Of a stretch of 64,000 bases of DNA, positions 13,198 to 27,249 are shown piece by piece. A model generated the notes under the pieces. It saw only the letters and a list, made by a program, of their open reading frames with translations, searched no databases and had not been told where the DNA came from. The stretch's first letter is position 1; each line of letters starts with the position of its first letter. The stretch spans positions 82,336,001-82,400,000 of the forward strand of contig NC_042998.1 of the NCBI RefSeq assembly GCF_006345805.1. The letters are read 5' to 3'. This DNA is from Octopus sinensis (Eukaryota). The translations under genes and the position numbers were made by a program.

Positions 13198-13399
13198 GTA
13201 CATTTATATATATATATATATATATATATAGGGTTAAAATATGAAAAATCAACGAAAATGCATATTGCAGATAGAAAAAGACTATTTATGACAGGTAGTG
13301 ACAAATATGAACATTTAGATTGACTGAGGTAGTAATACGAGTCATAAAGGTCATTATTATGAGATGCTTATAAGATGAAAATAATAATAAAGTAAGAGA

Positions 13400-14875
13400 A
13401 CAAAACGAACCAATTGGTTTTCGCGAAGGCTATTCATCGTTTGAACAACACCGGTTAATATACGGTGTCAGGTTTAATGGTTCCTAAGAAAAAAGATTAA
13501 AGATTATTTGTAAGGGAGGTAAGTAGTTCCGGATTATTTGTAAGGGAGGTAAGTAGTTCTGGAATTAGAGATGTGAATGATGTAGGTAGTGTATAGGGTT
13601 TAGTGGTTTAAATTGAAGAGTTAGTGGTGTTCTGTATTGAGTTGTGTGTTCATATTTAGTTTGGGGAGAAACTTGTTGATGAAATATGCCTCTTTATTCA
13701 ACCTTTGTTGCATTGTGGTGTTCTGTGAGCATTGGTAAAAGGGAAATATTTGGAAATTGGGATTAAGGTTCCTGGCACATCCTTCTATGTGTTCACTCAC
13801 CTTTAACTGTCTGTATTATGGGTGACAGATTTGCTCTTTGTGAATGGTGATTCTTTGACGGAGCGAAATTCCTGTTTGTCCAATATAGAGTTTACCACAT
13901 CCTATGCACGTCATGACATAGATTACATTTGCTGAGGCGCAGGTGAAATTTGATTTGATCTTAAATATTTCTCCTTGTTTGAATTGGAACTCTGAACCCT
14001 CCAGAAGGTGGGGGCATGTTCCACAGTTGAACGTCCACATTTTGTCACTTTTGGCTCAGTAGTTAGTGGTAAAGTCTAGCGCTGGTTAATATTCTTTTCA
14101 GTGACTTCGGTTGCTTTTTGCTTTTTATAATTTTATATGAGCTTAAAATTTCGTTCATTGTTTTGTCTGCTGTGAGGATGGGAAGGTCTTGGGTGATGAT
14201 GTTGAAGGCTTCGTTGTTTCTGGGGTTATGTGTGGAAATGTACGGGAGTATTTTTAAGTCTTGTTTAGTATTTCGGCTAGTTTTCCTTAATCTTTGTATA
14301 TCTATTCCCTTAGCTCTTTTGATGCCTTCATTTACTAATGAGATTGGGTAGTGTCTTTTGGTTAGTGTAGATCTAAGTTCAAGGAGTCTATGTTCACGAG
14401 TGTATGTATCGGAAACTAAGGTGCAGATTCTTTTTGCTAGGTTAAAGGGTATGTTGATTTTTATGTGTTGGGGTGGCAGGAGTTAAATAATAGGTATTAT
14501 TTAGAATCTGTGGGTTTATAAAAGATGTCTGTTTCTATGTGGTTGTTACCTATTCTAATTAAGATGTCTAGAAAAGGTAGTTGCTTACTGTTGTGTTCCA
14601 TAGTGAATTGTATATTGCTGTGTATGTTGTTGAACATTCTTTTGAAATCAAGGAGTTGATCCATGCAATCTTGCCAAAGTATGAAGCAATCATCTAAATA
14701 TCTCTTCGAGTTCTCCTTTAAGTAGCAATTGAAAGAGGCGCTATATTTTTCTAGTGACGATTGGTATAACTTAATTTCGTGGTAACCCATTACGAGGTTT
14801 GCAATCACTGGAGCAGCTCTGGTCCCCATTGCAATTCTGCATGTCTGTCGATAGTAAGTAGTATCGAAAACACAT
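13400..14875 (-). mobile_element. Penelope-like retroelement, 5'-truncated: RT C-terminal half plus GIY-YIG endonuclease, with frameshifts and stops
   Basis: ORF 14497-14883 has AMGTRAAPVIANLVMG, RYLDDCF, FTME...LPFLD...YKPTD. ORF 13816-14040 has CGTC...NVIYVMTCIGCGKLYIGQTG (GIY-YIG). Truncated at a (TA)n tract near 14890. Confidence 0.95.
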
Positions 14876-14886
14876 ACACACAAACA

Positions 14887-14974
<88 letters not shown>

Positions 14975-15895
14975 ATTATTACAGATGAAATATACGTAGG
15001 ACCGTATTATGGATTAATAAATTTGAGGTGAACAACCTATAATCTTGCAAATCTAATGAATATAAACTTTTCAGTTGAGCTGAAATAGGATCTATACCTT
15101 TTGAAGACATCATGAAATATTCAAAAGCGTGATTAGTATTAGAGTAGCGATGATAAAGGATAGAGAACATTACCAATCAGTCTCACGAGAATGTAGCGAT
15201 TCACTTGAAATTTTAAAATCTAGCTGTCATTCTGTAACCTGTTCATACGCATTGAGAAGATGCTTTACGTGCGTTTGTTGATATATTTGTCGGGGGCAGC
15301 GGTGTATCATGTGATGTATTTCAGCATGATGTGGAACATACAGGCACGTCTGAAAATGATAAGCTTCTTCGAAGACGCTGACGTTGTTTTATGCTTAACA
15401 ATCATGCTTCTTATGTTGTGTCCGGTTCGAGCAGAATCTGTAACGAATTGGGAGATTGCTTTTTACCATAAACTCGGATTAGCCATTACATTTTAAGTGG
15501 AGTGTGGACAACAGTGGTACTTATAAATACGTACTGTACAAACTACAATGTTTTGGCTTGATACAACAGTCGTTAGTATTGGGTATTAACTCAAGTGGTG
15601 TATGTGAATGATTTGCAGATAAATGTGCATGCTAACACGTAATATACACGTATCTTTACTGTCCGAGCTTAAATAGTGATTAAATCTCAGAGCCGTCTCT
15701 GCAGCAGAATAAGATAGGAACCACATCTATGCCTCCTGATTAGTTAATATTGTAAGGTATTCAATGAGATTTAGTATTGTTTACGTACCGAACCAGTATC
15801 ACAATACAGCATATTAGTTGGGATGAAACAGAATAGCAAATGTCGAATCATTCAATTATTGCATTTTAGATCATCTGTATTATAATATATTACTT

Positions 15896-16012
<117 letters not shown>

Positions 16013-16349
16013 GATTGATTGATAGATAGACAGAGATTGATAGACATATATATATATTTTATGTGTGTATGTGTGACCATGTGTATGTCTGCATATATAT
16101 ATTCATGTATATATATATATATATGTGTATATATATATAATATATATATATATATGAATATATATATATATATAATATATATATTTATATATATATATAT
16201 GTATGTATGTATGTATGTATATATGTATATGTATATTTATGTATGTATGTATATACTAAGGTATATTATGCATGTTGCAGAATAATACTTAATGGATATT
16301 AGAATACATTACAGTATGCTACCACATCTATATAGAGATATTGCTTTAC

Positions 16350-16715
16350 ATTTTGTGTACTAGGCCAGCAATTTCATGTGGAGGTAAGTCGATTACACCG
16401 ATCGCTTTGCTCAACTGGTACTCTCCGGTTGAAAAATAAGTTAGACGTCGGCACACTTTTTAAAGCAGAACGTAAAGACTGGCGACAGGCCTCTTCACCC
16501 GCCTTATGCATATAAGGCGGCGAGAACCGTTGGCACGCCGGGTTAAATACTTAGCGGCATTTCATTTGTCTTTATAATCTAACTACAAATTGTGCTGAGG
16601 TCGACTTTTCCATTCGCTCTCTCGGGATCCGTGATATAGGTACCTGTTGAGCACTGAGATCGATGTAACTGACTCATCCCAGTCTATGAAATTGCAGGCC
16701 TTGTTCCAAAATTTG
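16350..16715. mobile_element. Two Meta/MESC-like SINE copies in head-to-head orientation
   Basis: Minus copy about 16350-16500. Plus copy 16517-16715 starts AAGGCGGCGAG and carries GAGGTCGACTTTTCCATTC and a GGCCTTGT tail. Confidence 0.6.
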
Positions 16716-16757
16716 AAAACAATATATTGTACAATATATTGTACAATATATTGTACT

Positions 16758-16921
16758 AGGCGCAGGATTGGCTGTGTGGTAAGTAGCTTGCTGACCAACC
16801 ACATAGCTCCGAGTTCAGTCACACTCCGTGGCACCTTCGGCAAGTGTCTTCTACTATAATCCTGCGCCGACGAAAGCCTTGTGAGTGGATTTGGTTGACG
16901 GAAACTGGAAGAAGCCCGTCG

Positions 16922-16985
<64 letters not shown>

Positions 16986-17190
16986 CGTGTGTGTGTGTTT
17001 GTCCCCTCACCGTCGATTGAGAACTGGTGCTGGTGTGTTTACGTCCCACTACAAAAGCGGTTCGGCAAAAGAAACCGATGGAATATGTACAAGACTTACA
17101 AAGAATAAGTCATGGAGTTAGATTTGTTCGACTAAAGGCAATGTTCAAGCATAGCCGCAGTCGAATGACTGAAACAAATAAATAGATAAT
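16758..17190 (+). mobile_element. CORE-like SINE, full length
   Basis: AGGCGCAGGATTGGCTGTGTGGTAAGTAGC...GGCACCTTCGGCAAGTGTC...(TA)n(GT)n...GCCGCAGTCGAATGACTGAAAC. Confidence 0.9.
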
Positions 17191-17395
17191 AGAGTATTAC
17201 ATTATGCATATTACGCCGTATTATTTATGTGCATTACATAATAATACATGTGCATTATATTACTTAATGCAGTGTGTTATTACAGTATGTTATCTGATAT
17301 ATATTACCATGTTACTTCATTTTCATTACAATACCTTACTTAATACATATTACATTATGTTAAGCTATGAGTATGACACCATATTGCTAAATATA

Positions 17396-18650
17396 TTGGG
17401 TTGTCCGGAAAGTTCGTGCCGACTTTTAAAGGAAAGAAAAAGGCCAATAAATACTTGCCAATACATTTTAATCAAACAAATATGAACCATTTTGTTGCAC
17501 AGTGTGTATCCATTTTCCCTTTGACTTGAAACTACTCTCTTCCCAGAATTGAGGTAGTTTCATGGCAAAGAATTCATCAAGGTATCTTTTTACGTCACCC
17601 AAGGAATTGAAATTATTACCATTAAGACTATTCTGCAGAGACCTGAATAAGTGGAAATCCGAAGGAGCAATATCAGGTAAATATGGAGGGTGGGGTAATA
17701 CATCTCAGCCGAGCTGCAGCAGCTTTTGTCTGGTTCCCAAAGAAACGTGCGGTCTTGCATTATCATGTTGGAAAACAACACCCTTCCTGTTAGCCAATTC
17801 TGGACGTTTCTCTTGAATTGCTGCTTTTAACTCGTCCAGTTGTATGCAGTATTTCTCAGAATTAATTGTATGGTTACTTGGGAGAAGCTCATAGTACAGA
17901 ATTCCTTTCTACTCCCACCGGACACAAAGCAAGACTTTTTTAGGGTGAAGACCCGCTTTTGGGTGGCTAAGAGTGGCTATATCGCTCACTCCAGGATCTC
18001 TTTCTCTGAACATTTCGGTAGATAATTCACTTCTCATCACATGTCACAATTTGCTTTAAAAAAGGCGCGTTTTTATCCCGTTTATAAAGCGAATCAAAAA
18101 GGCTCTTCTCATTCCACTTATATGGTACCCAAACATCGTAGCGATTTGTGTATCCAAGCTTTAACAGGTGCTCATGAACGACGGATTTTGATAGGTTGAG
18201 GCTTTCTGAACATTCTCGGGTTGTGCAATGTCGGTTATACTCAATTAATGACTTGATTTGGTCATCATCTGTAGGGGATGGTCTGTCTGATCGTTCTTTA
18301 TCAATAAGGCTACAATCGCGACCTTGCGAACCACTTCCGTACAGTTCTTTCGGATAAAGAAACATCACCGTAAACTGCGCATAATTCTTTGGTTGCTTGT
18401 GAGGCATTTTTCTCTTTATGGAAAAAGAAAAGCATCAAGTGCCGAAAATGAACTTTCTTATCTTCCATTTTAAAGGTTTACAGAATTAACACAGGTTATA
18501 GGAACATAAACCTTCTTCCACGAAAAGATAGCTTAAACTATGCTCTAAATGGAGGTGTAGTCAAATCCTATTTTATGGACTCAACCATGTTCTAAAATAA
18601 GTCGAAAGGTAAGCTAGTATAAATCGGCACGAACTTTTCGAACAAGCTAA
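17396..18650 (-). mobile_element. Mariner (D,D34D) DNA transposon, full length, transposase pseudogenised
   Basis: 27-bp imperfect TIRs TTGGGTTGTCCGGAAAGTTCGTGCCGA / TCGGCACGAACTTTTCGAACAAGCTAA with TA on both sides. Minus-strand motifs WVPY, IVTCDEK, QHDNARPH, HPPYLPDIAPSDFHLF; I count 34 residues between D2 and D3. Stops and frameshifts present. Confidence 0.95.
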
Positions 18651-18959
18651 TATATTACATTACATTGCTTAATATATATTACTTTATTATTCAATCTACA
18701 TTGCAGTGCTTTGCTTCATGTGCATTATATTACATTCACTTATGTGTACTGCTGCATATTATTTTATGTATATGGCAAAAGGATACATACTGTTTAATTC
18801 CGGAACGTTTCAAAAGGGTAGCCTAAATTATGCAAGCCATTTTATGTAACACTCTACTGATTTTCTTCCCGTTTTTCGGAATAAACATTAGTAGTTACTG
18901 GCTTACCATTTCCTTATGATGTACTACAATATCCCAACGTAATCATCAATGCATATGAC

Positions 18960-18974
18960 ATGTATGCATATATA

Positions 18975-19010
<36 letters not shown>

Positions 19011-19063
19011 TGTATGTATGTATGTATGTATGTATGTATGTATATATATATATATATATGCAT

Positions 19064-19133
<70 letters not shown>

Positions 19134-19160
19134 TATATATATATACACATATATATATAC

Positions 19161-19221
<61 letters not shown>

Positions 19222-19232
19222 TATATATATAC
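18960..19232. repeat. Compound microsatellite (TATG)n-(CA)n-(TA)n
   Basis: Direct inspection. Confidence 0.98.
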
Positions 19233-19532
19233 GCATATTTGTCTGTTCACGCATTTATGCACACAGATAACAGTGTTCTCACACGAATTTAGACATATAA
19301 TATATGTACATAAACACATCTTTATGAGATGAGTTGTCGTTAATACTTTTATATTCTTGTCGAATAATTTTCTTTGTATTAAAATATGAAAGCATGCTTC
19401 TTCACAGCTTATGACATTTACTTCTACGATATATTTTGACTGGTTTTCTCACCGATTATCAACATGTTTATTATTATTTGATATGAAATTTGTTCCTGAC
19501 CTGATTCTATTTTTCGTTCTGTATTCCTAAAG

Positions 19533-19588
19533 TAGTACCACTTATATACTCATCTGCTAACTTAGTTACGCCTGTGCCTGTATCAGAA
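19533..19588 (+). CDS. Candidate internal exon of an unidentified host gene
   Basis: Pyrimidine-rich acceptor TTTTCGTTCTGTATTCCTAAAG (tandem AGTAG), open frame (x)VPLIYSSANLVTPVPVSE, consensus donor GAA|GTGAGT. No homology recognised. Confidence 0.25.
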
Positions 19589-20043
19589 GTGAGTTGTTGA
19601 AATTAAATTTGGTACTCATTACAAATCTAGACAAATTAGTTATGATAGCGATCAGTGTTGATGTAAACTTTTAAAGTATATCATTTGTGAAAATGATTTA
19701 TTAGCTTCGAAAATATATTATCATATGATTCAATTAAACTTATCATACTCAATTTCATTGTGTGTCACTATAAATGTGTGTTTGTGATCGTGCTCGTGTG
19801 TATGTTCGTGTGTGGAGTAAGAGAAGATAGAGAGAATTTGACAGACCGAGTTTCACAAAATCTATCTTATGAAACTCTAGGTTCTTGCTTCATTGATGTA
19901 GTTTCGAAACAATGAATAAAATAAAATGAAAATATGTGTTACGTTCAATTTGTCCCATTTTTATATACGCGTATTTATGTATATATGTACGCACACACCT
20001 ATAAACACACAGATAGATAGGTAGACGGATAGATACTTAGAGT

Positions 20044-20082
<39 letters not shown>

Positions 20083-22739
20083 ACAGAGAGACAAGTAAAC
20101 AGAAATCGTTTCTAATCCCAACAAGTAACAGTATAAAAGAAATAAAGTTGTAATGCACAACGGATATATAAAGATATATTTGAAATTTAATATATATGCA
20201 AATTTAACCAGTTTCCCATTTGTTGCTCTTTAAAAGTGTACGTTATGTGAAGCTGTGTTGCAAACAGTATGTTTTCTGGCCAAACTCTTAGTCTTCCCAC
20301 TTTATAAATGCGAAGACAAAACCTCAGCCCAAACACGAATAAATAAACAAAAATTTGTTTATTAAAAAATACAAATCACGGCTGAACAGACTTTAAAGGC
20401 ATCGATAATATGCGATTCGCCATTTACCATGTCTGATATCCATGGTTGTATAAAATCCCCTTATGATGAATGTTATTCATATTTCACATTTAAGCTCATT
20501 AATTTCACTTAATCTTTAGGCAGAGTAAATTTTAGTTACCTTCATTTCGTTTTTTACTAATTCCTCTTCAAAGTTTCCTGCGCGCGCGAGCGTGTGTGAC
20601 TGTCTGCGCGAGCGCCTATGTCTGCATGCGCGCACGCGTGTGTCTACGTAGGTGTGTATGTGTGCGTGTGTGTACGTGTACGTGCAAGTGTCTAAAGTCT
20701 TTGTTAATTTGTTTAACCTAGCATAAGTATGTCTGCGCACATGGATACGTGGAAATCTGCAAGCTCATCAGCATAGTCTGTCTTATACAAATATAATTTC
20801 CAGGACTTGATACAAAAATGCTTGACCGGAGTCCCGCATGCATAGAGCCCAACAAATTATATTTATGTGTATCCTTCAAATGCCTTCACTTTGGCGCGCT
20901 GAGATCGGAAATCTACCCTGCAGTTAATAAACTGCAGCTGTCAATTTACCGGTTAGAGAACATTTTTATTATTTAAAATTGAATAAGGGTAGAAATTGAT
21001 ATTAATCAATTAAAACCAGTGGCCTAGCATATTAAAAAAATCCGAAGATTAAAATATTTTTGCATACAAAATTTAAAGGACTGACCACTAAAAGTGTAAT
21101 GTCCATAGCAGGTTGATGCCACGTGATTTTCCAGTTCCAGTGGCTGTAATTCCGAGCGTTTTTATTCACCACGTGCCCTTACGACAGATCCTGTCAGGAT
21201 AAATAATCAGTATTCTATGTACTAACACAAACGCCATATTAACTTGGAGATCAATATTGCTTTTTGGTATCAGTACCTCTTCTCTTGTTAATTAAAGAAT
21301 AGAAGTATCAAAAAATCAGAAACCCGCTGGTTATTTCGAACTTCAGTGCCTGCATAGACACTGATATTTTAAGTGTCATTGATAAGAGATTCGGCGGTTA
21401 TGCCGCTGCTGAGCAGCTGTCACTGAGGAGACCTTAGCAGGAGGGGGGGAACACGTGATCTCGTAATTCCGGTAGCAGTGTGAGATATTTTGTCAAGGTA
21501 AATATTGCAATATTCTGTGCTCTAACAAACCTTCCAATTAAGTAGATATCAAGAGTGCCTATATATATACATATATATATTGGAGGGAGTGACAAATTTG
21601 AAAGAACGTATGCCCTGCTAATTAGAATTAAGTACTCAAGAGAAATATGGCGGGATGGGTGTGGAATAAACTATTTAAGACATAACCGTTATTTCGACAA
21701 AATATATTTTTCTGAAATCACGATTATCTGCTAAATTTCATATGCATTGTATGTGCATGCGCACTTGCTGATATTTGCATATGTCTACTGATAAATAGAT
21801 TGATAGAGATATATATTTATGTGTATGTAATTATATAGTTAGTGAATATTTACAATGCAATAACCTAAAGCATGTAGGAGAAAGGGTTGTACAAAAAGAT
21901 TTAAGATATCACGTCTGGCGATTTAGTTACTTTCTATTATAAATATATGGTACAAATCTTTAGCATATCACTGTGTGTTTCTGACATTCTATGGAATACC
22001 ACTGAACATCGCAATATTTAAATCTCACTAGTATTAGCATAGAAAAGCTATGAATCTGTCGACTTGTCGGATCTTCAAACTGGTTGCATTACTCTGGCGA
22101 AGCTTCACATCATTTCACATCACTTCGCTTCAAGAACGCCGCTAATAATTAAGCAAATCTTGAACATTACCCAAACTCATTTCTATTCACCTTGAGCGTT
22201 TACAAGGGCTTGGACGTTCCAGTTTACCATTTTATTTCTCATAAAATATAGAATTTTTATGCAGATCTGCTTTTTGTTCTGATTTATAGCCCTCTTTCTA
22301 CATATGATAATTACATCTCAGAGGTGCATGAATAATGCTTATAATATGCAACATACTCTAAAAGTGTTAAAGACCAGAATTCCACTGATCTTGCATTTAA
22401 CTTTCGTTTCTCAACGCTAAATAGCCGTAAGCCAAATCTTTACCTCCTTGGTGCAAGGAAACATTTCTGAAAATTATGGTATATAGCACTGTTACATAAA
22501 TAAAGTGTTTTTACACGTGACATTCAAAAGGCGTCAATAGTAGAATTGAATCCATGGTTGACCTCATTGTTCACTCTATTGACCTGGCGTGATCTAACGT
22601 ATATCCTTTTTATTTCTAATTAATATATTTACTTGTGGTGACAACCACAACGGCTATTCATGGCTAACTACAAAGGGCATCAACAATGACAGATTGAACA
22701 AACATAATCGTTACACGTGAGGGGCTGATCCCTGAACAT

Positions 22740-23770
22740 TCATGGAGCAGAATGCAAGACATTCATGGAGCTGGTTAACGAGTCGAGTTCAAATCACTGG
22801 CAAAGTTCCTATCTTTCTCACTGGTAGGAAAACTGTCATATATTTTGACGTTGAATTTCAAGAGATCCTCATATCTCCTTGGCGGCCTAGGAGTGAACAC
22901 CAGCCATTGGCTTCCTCGCCGTGAAACAGCGAGGAAGCCATCTTGCCTAATGGATCTGGATCTGGATGAAATCTGCAATCCATTCATCTTCTCTGGGTCC
23001 CATACGTCTACATTTACGACAGAGTCTTGGGGATTACCTTAGGTCTAGCTCACACATATTGGTGGTGTCACGTACAGTTGCCATTACCATATAAAAACAT
23101 GGTAAAGATAACACCCCGATAAACATCGGTTTTCGTTCTAATGCGTATTCCTTGCTTTGACTACAGTTTATAGTGCACTCATCCCAAACTGCAGTTTTCT
23201 TACCCTTTCTGTAGCATGATCTTATTGGTCATATTAATATTCTTCTTAACAAAGTCCTTCTTTCATAGATAACATCACTTTTATGATCAAGCGCATGCAC
23301 ACGTAGAAATTACTTCTTCGACTGTGCCTATGAGTGCTGGAAGTTGCAAACATCATTCTCTCCCTTGGATCTAATGGACAACTCTATTATAGACTCTGAA
23401 AATACTCTGGTATATGTCAGAGATGATAACTAATAGATGTGATACAATGACCCAGCCCTATATGGTTCAATTACATGATGATTTAAATGCATGTAACGTA
23501 TCTTCAATGCTTGTGGTGCACACCTTCCTACAATGCTGTAATGAGAGAATGATCTTTTACAAATTACAATCTTTTCAAATCTTTTCAAAGAATATTTTCA
23601 AAGATTCACCAAATTCCTCTACAACTTACTGCACCGAAAACGTTATTGATATTCACGAAGATATACTAGACATCAAGATTTTATTCTGTAGATTTCCCTT
23701 GTATCCACCAAGTTGTAAACATCACACCAGAGATGGCTCTGTTAGATCTGACTTGACGTTGACTTTCTGA
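22740..23770 (-). mobile_element. RTE-clade LINE ORF2 remnant, RT to C-terminus, heavily degraded
   Basis: Minus strand: FSESQRQVRSNRAISGVMFT...NLDV.YIFVNINNVFGAVS (cf. LPESQCGFR...DLTKAFDTVS); C-terminal LFHGEEANG and RPPRRYEDLLKFNVK (cf. LFYGEL..G.R..GRPR.RYKD.LK). Confidence 0.75.
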
Positions 23771-24806
23771 GAAACTGTTATCGAAGTGGGAGGTGAGACG
23801 TTTTAAGGTCACTTTCGCAAATAGCTTACCAGATATATTCAGAAAGCCAATACTTAGGTGATTGTCATATATCTATCTGTTACCTTTATTCTTTTAGATT
23901 TATTTCGTCAACCTTGATGTCTTACATGCTAGTTTCTCTAACCATGGTTATCTTAATAGTCGAATAATTTCGACCGCGAGCAAGATTTGAATATCATTTC
24001 CAGGTCTTTTTTCTGGTGAGCAGTATCATGGTTACCTTAATCGTTCCTACAACCATTGGTGTGTTGGTGGGTTCCTTAGCTAATAAGTTGTTTCCTTTTT
24101 CGCCAATTATATGGAGGGCGATTGTCGACTAACGATTATAAAGACAAACTATTTCTGCTACTATCCTGTAAAGATTGTCCGTCTTTTAACTATAGCTTGT
24201 CGTTCTACTTGAAAAGAAAGCAGAAATACCCAGACAATTTTCCCCAGACAAATATGAATGCAGTAGAATGGTTACATACTCTTAGAGAATAGAGAATAGC
24301 CTGCAGTTTCCTCGTCACCTCATGAGGTTATTTTGCGCAATTTGTCTTGTAAAAGTCTTATATTGCACGTCATACGCTGTATGGCTTACGCATTCAACGT
24401 GCATAAAAGGAAAATACATTATCCAATATCATATTCACTCAGCCATTTCGTATCTACTCTGCCTACATTAAGAAATCGATATTTCAGTGTCACTGAAGAT
24501 CCTATATTATGATACAAAATTTCCGGTGAGCTGAGGATCTGATACATGTTAAGAGCACGATGGAACCATTACAGTTAATATTTTTCTCGTCTCTGCCATA
24601 TTTTGTAATCGTTATCAATGTACCAGCTTTCACAAGTATTATTTTCTATTTTTCTATTGACACTTACAATACAGTAAATGAAAACGAAGCTTTCAGTAGC
24701 GAAACAATAAGCAATTACTTTCGTTTTTTGTCTTTTCGAGTTCATTATTAGTGTTTTTTTATATTTCCTCCGTAACGTTTTTACATTAGTCTCTACTGAT
24801 ATATAT

Positions 24807-24874
<68 letters not shown>

Positions 24875-26188
24875 AGGTGTGTTCTGTTAAAAACGTATAA
24901 GAGTACAAATAGAGCTCGTTCACTCTTGGAATTCCTAACTACCCGGTAGTACTCTTATGGTGTGCTATTAATTCTAGTCTTAGGTATTCCGCGTGTGTGA
25001 AAATAAAAAGTAAAAGCAAAAGAGTCAAAAGGAATAAATAAACAGACAACATGCACATTGTACCTCATGTCGAACGTGATAACTCTTTCATACCGAGCGA
25101 ATTGAAACCGTCAACGTTTGTTACTTTCAAAGAAGAAGCCATGGATGTTGTAGCATGGAAATCTAGATTTACTTACGGAGATAGCAACTGAGTATCGCCT
25201 GAGGAGATACATATAGATCTTCTTATACAGGTAAATCGTTGCATGATTTAATTTAAACTTAACTTTAAATCGTGTATATACGAGGATCTGTATGTATGGA
25301 AATATTTGTAATGATTAAAAAGCTGACTAACCATACTTACTCTTCCTTTTTGACTCTTTTAATTTATAGCACCTAACTGTCTGGATGTTTTGCGTTCTTG
25401 TCCTATTTTGTATTTTTTATATATAAATACATATATAGCGGTGTACATATACTTTGGTCTCATATGTAAGTATATATTTATCTAAATCTTGTACGACTCT
25501 ATTCTTTCTTTCTATTAGCCCTTTCACGCTTAATCGTTCATTCCACTCTTCGCTCGTTCGTTCCCCCTCTCTCAGATTTCCCTGCCTTCTCTTCTTGCTC
25601 ACTTTCCCTCCTCTGTTCACTTCACTGCGTCCCTGTCATTTTTTCTCGCCCCTCCTTAACTCTTCCGTCCCTCTGCCTCTACCTCTTTCTTTTCTTTCCC
25701 CATGTGACCGCTGTTCGGTCAAGCCTGATCTTTCTTTCTTGATTCGGCCGTCGTCCGTGCAACATCTATATTCCTCCCTACGACTGTGAAATCTTGTATC
25801 CCTGCCGTAAGGCTTTATTTCCACACTCGCCAGCTTAATTTAATTCTTCATTAGTCGAAATACACCTGTTGGTATGTCCTGTTATTTGTATTTGTGTAAC
25901 ATTCTCCGTTTTTTTCCGTCCTTGTTTTAGTATACATTCGCAACTTTCTTCCGAGGAATCTAATGCTCTTAGCTTAGTCTTTCCTTGGGGCCGGCCAGAT
26001 TGGAGCAATGTCGAGTATAACCAGCGGAAATTGCAAAGATAATCTGGAACTCGTCAGAGAAAAGAAAGTCCCGAATGACCCGTACTTGTTTTCTTTCTAT
26101 CGTCTATCTGGATGTTTTGTTGTCCCTTTGTCTGTATCACCTAACTGCCTGGATGTTTTGCGTTCTTGTCCCATTTTGTATATATATA

Positions 26189-26233
<45 letters not shown>

Positions 26234-26339
26234 TACGTATAAGTATATATATGATGGACTGCCCCGTCAAAGACTATGTATGAGCGTTCAGGCTTTTTAC
26301 TGAATGACCCACACAAAGGATTTGTTTATAGTGATTAAA

Positions 26340-26552
26340 TGCGCGTGACACATATCAGCTCACTCTGTCCGTCAAAACGACGTTTTTTGAATACGGTTAC
26401 TGTGTACCACGCGTCTGCTGTCGAGGTGATTGCAGGACAGCTTGAGATGAAGTGTTTTGCTCAAGAACACAACGCACCACCCGGTTCAGTAATCGAAACA
26501 ACTGTCTGGCGATCGCCAGTGCAACACCTTAACCACTAGACCATGCATCCTC
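26340..26552 (-). mobile_element. tRNA-derived SINE
   Basis: Minus strand starts GTGAGGATGCATGGTCTAGTGGTTAAGGTGTTGCAC...GTTTCGATTAC...TTCTTGAGCAAAACACTTCATCTCAAG; related to the copy at 33385-33610. Confidence 0.65.
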
Positions 26553-27197
26553 ACTATAACACATGTGTGCTTGTGTGTGCACGTGCGTGTGTCTGAATAT
26601 ATATACATATATATAATCATACATAGATTTTACAAAAGTTATTATAAAACAATAATCAAACCCGTCACTTTCAATATCTGCCCAGAGAGCCAATTAATAT
26701 TGCAAGTAGAAGCAATGACAGGTTCTTAAATGACTTATTTTCAAAAATAGAGATATGTATAAAAATGAATAGCGATAACAAATAAGATATAAAACACGGG
26801 AATATAATGCAAAATTTCGTCTCTTTAATTACATGGTTGACTAGTTACAGTCCTTGCAATACATTTTAATTTCTTCTCCCTCGTTTTCGCGGTCTTTCTC
26901 CGGTGGTTGTCGCTACTGCCGCTACTGTTGCTACTGCTACCGCAAACTGCCCTCTCTTCCACTTCCTCCTCCCCCTCCTCCGCCTCCAAATACTACTACT
27001 CCAAATATCACCACCACCACCACCACTACCACTACCACAACTACCACCACGACCACCTCCTCCACCACCACCACCACCACTAGTACTACTACTACTACTA
27101 CTGACGTTGCAAAAAAATGCTTGAGAACCTTTCCTATTATAATCTAGAGTGAGAGAGAGACGGAGAGAGTTTACAATTGAAAACAAAAATCAATTTT

Positions 27198-27249
<52 letters not shown>

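Noticed and set aside
25051-25191. 46-codon ORF MHIVPHVERDNSF...YGDSN
   Set aside because: Short, no recognised homology and no supporting splice structure in that frame.
25370-26185. About 50-bp direct repeat (25370-25415, 26138-26180) and a partial hammerhead-like GAAA-stem near 25855
   Set aside because: Probably a Penelope-type terminal relic, but no CUGANGA box remains, so it is not called a ribozyme.
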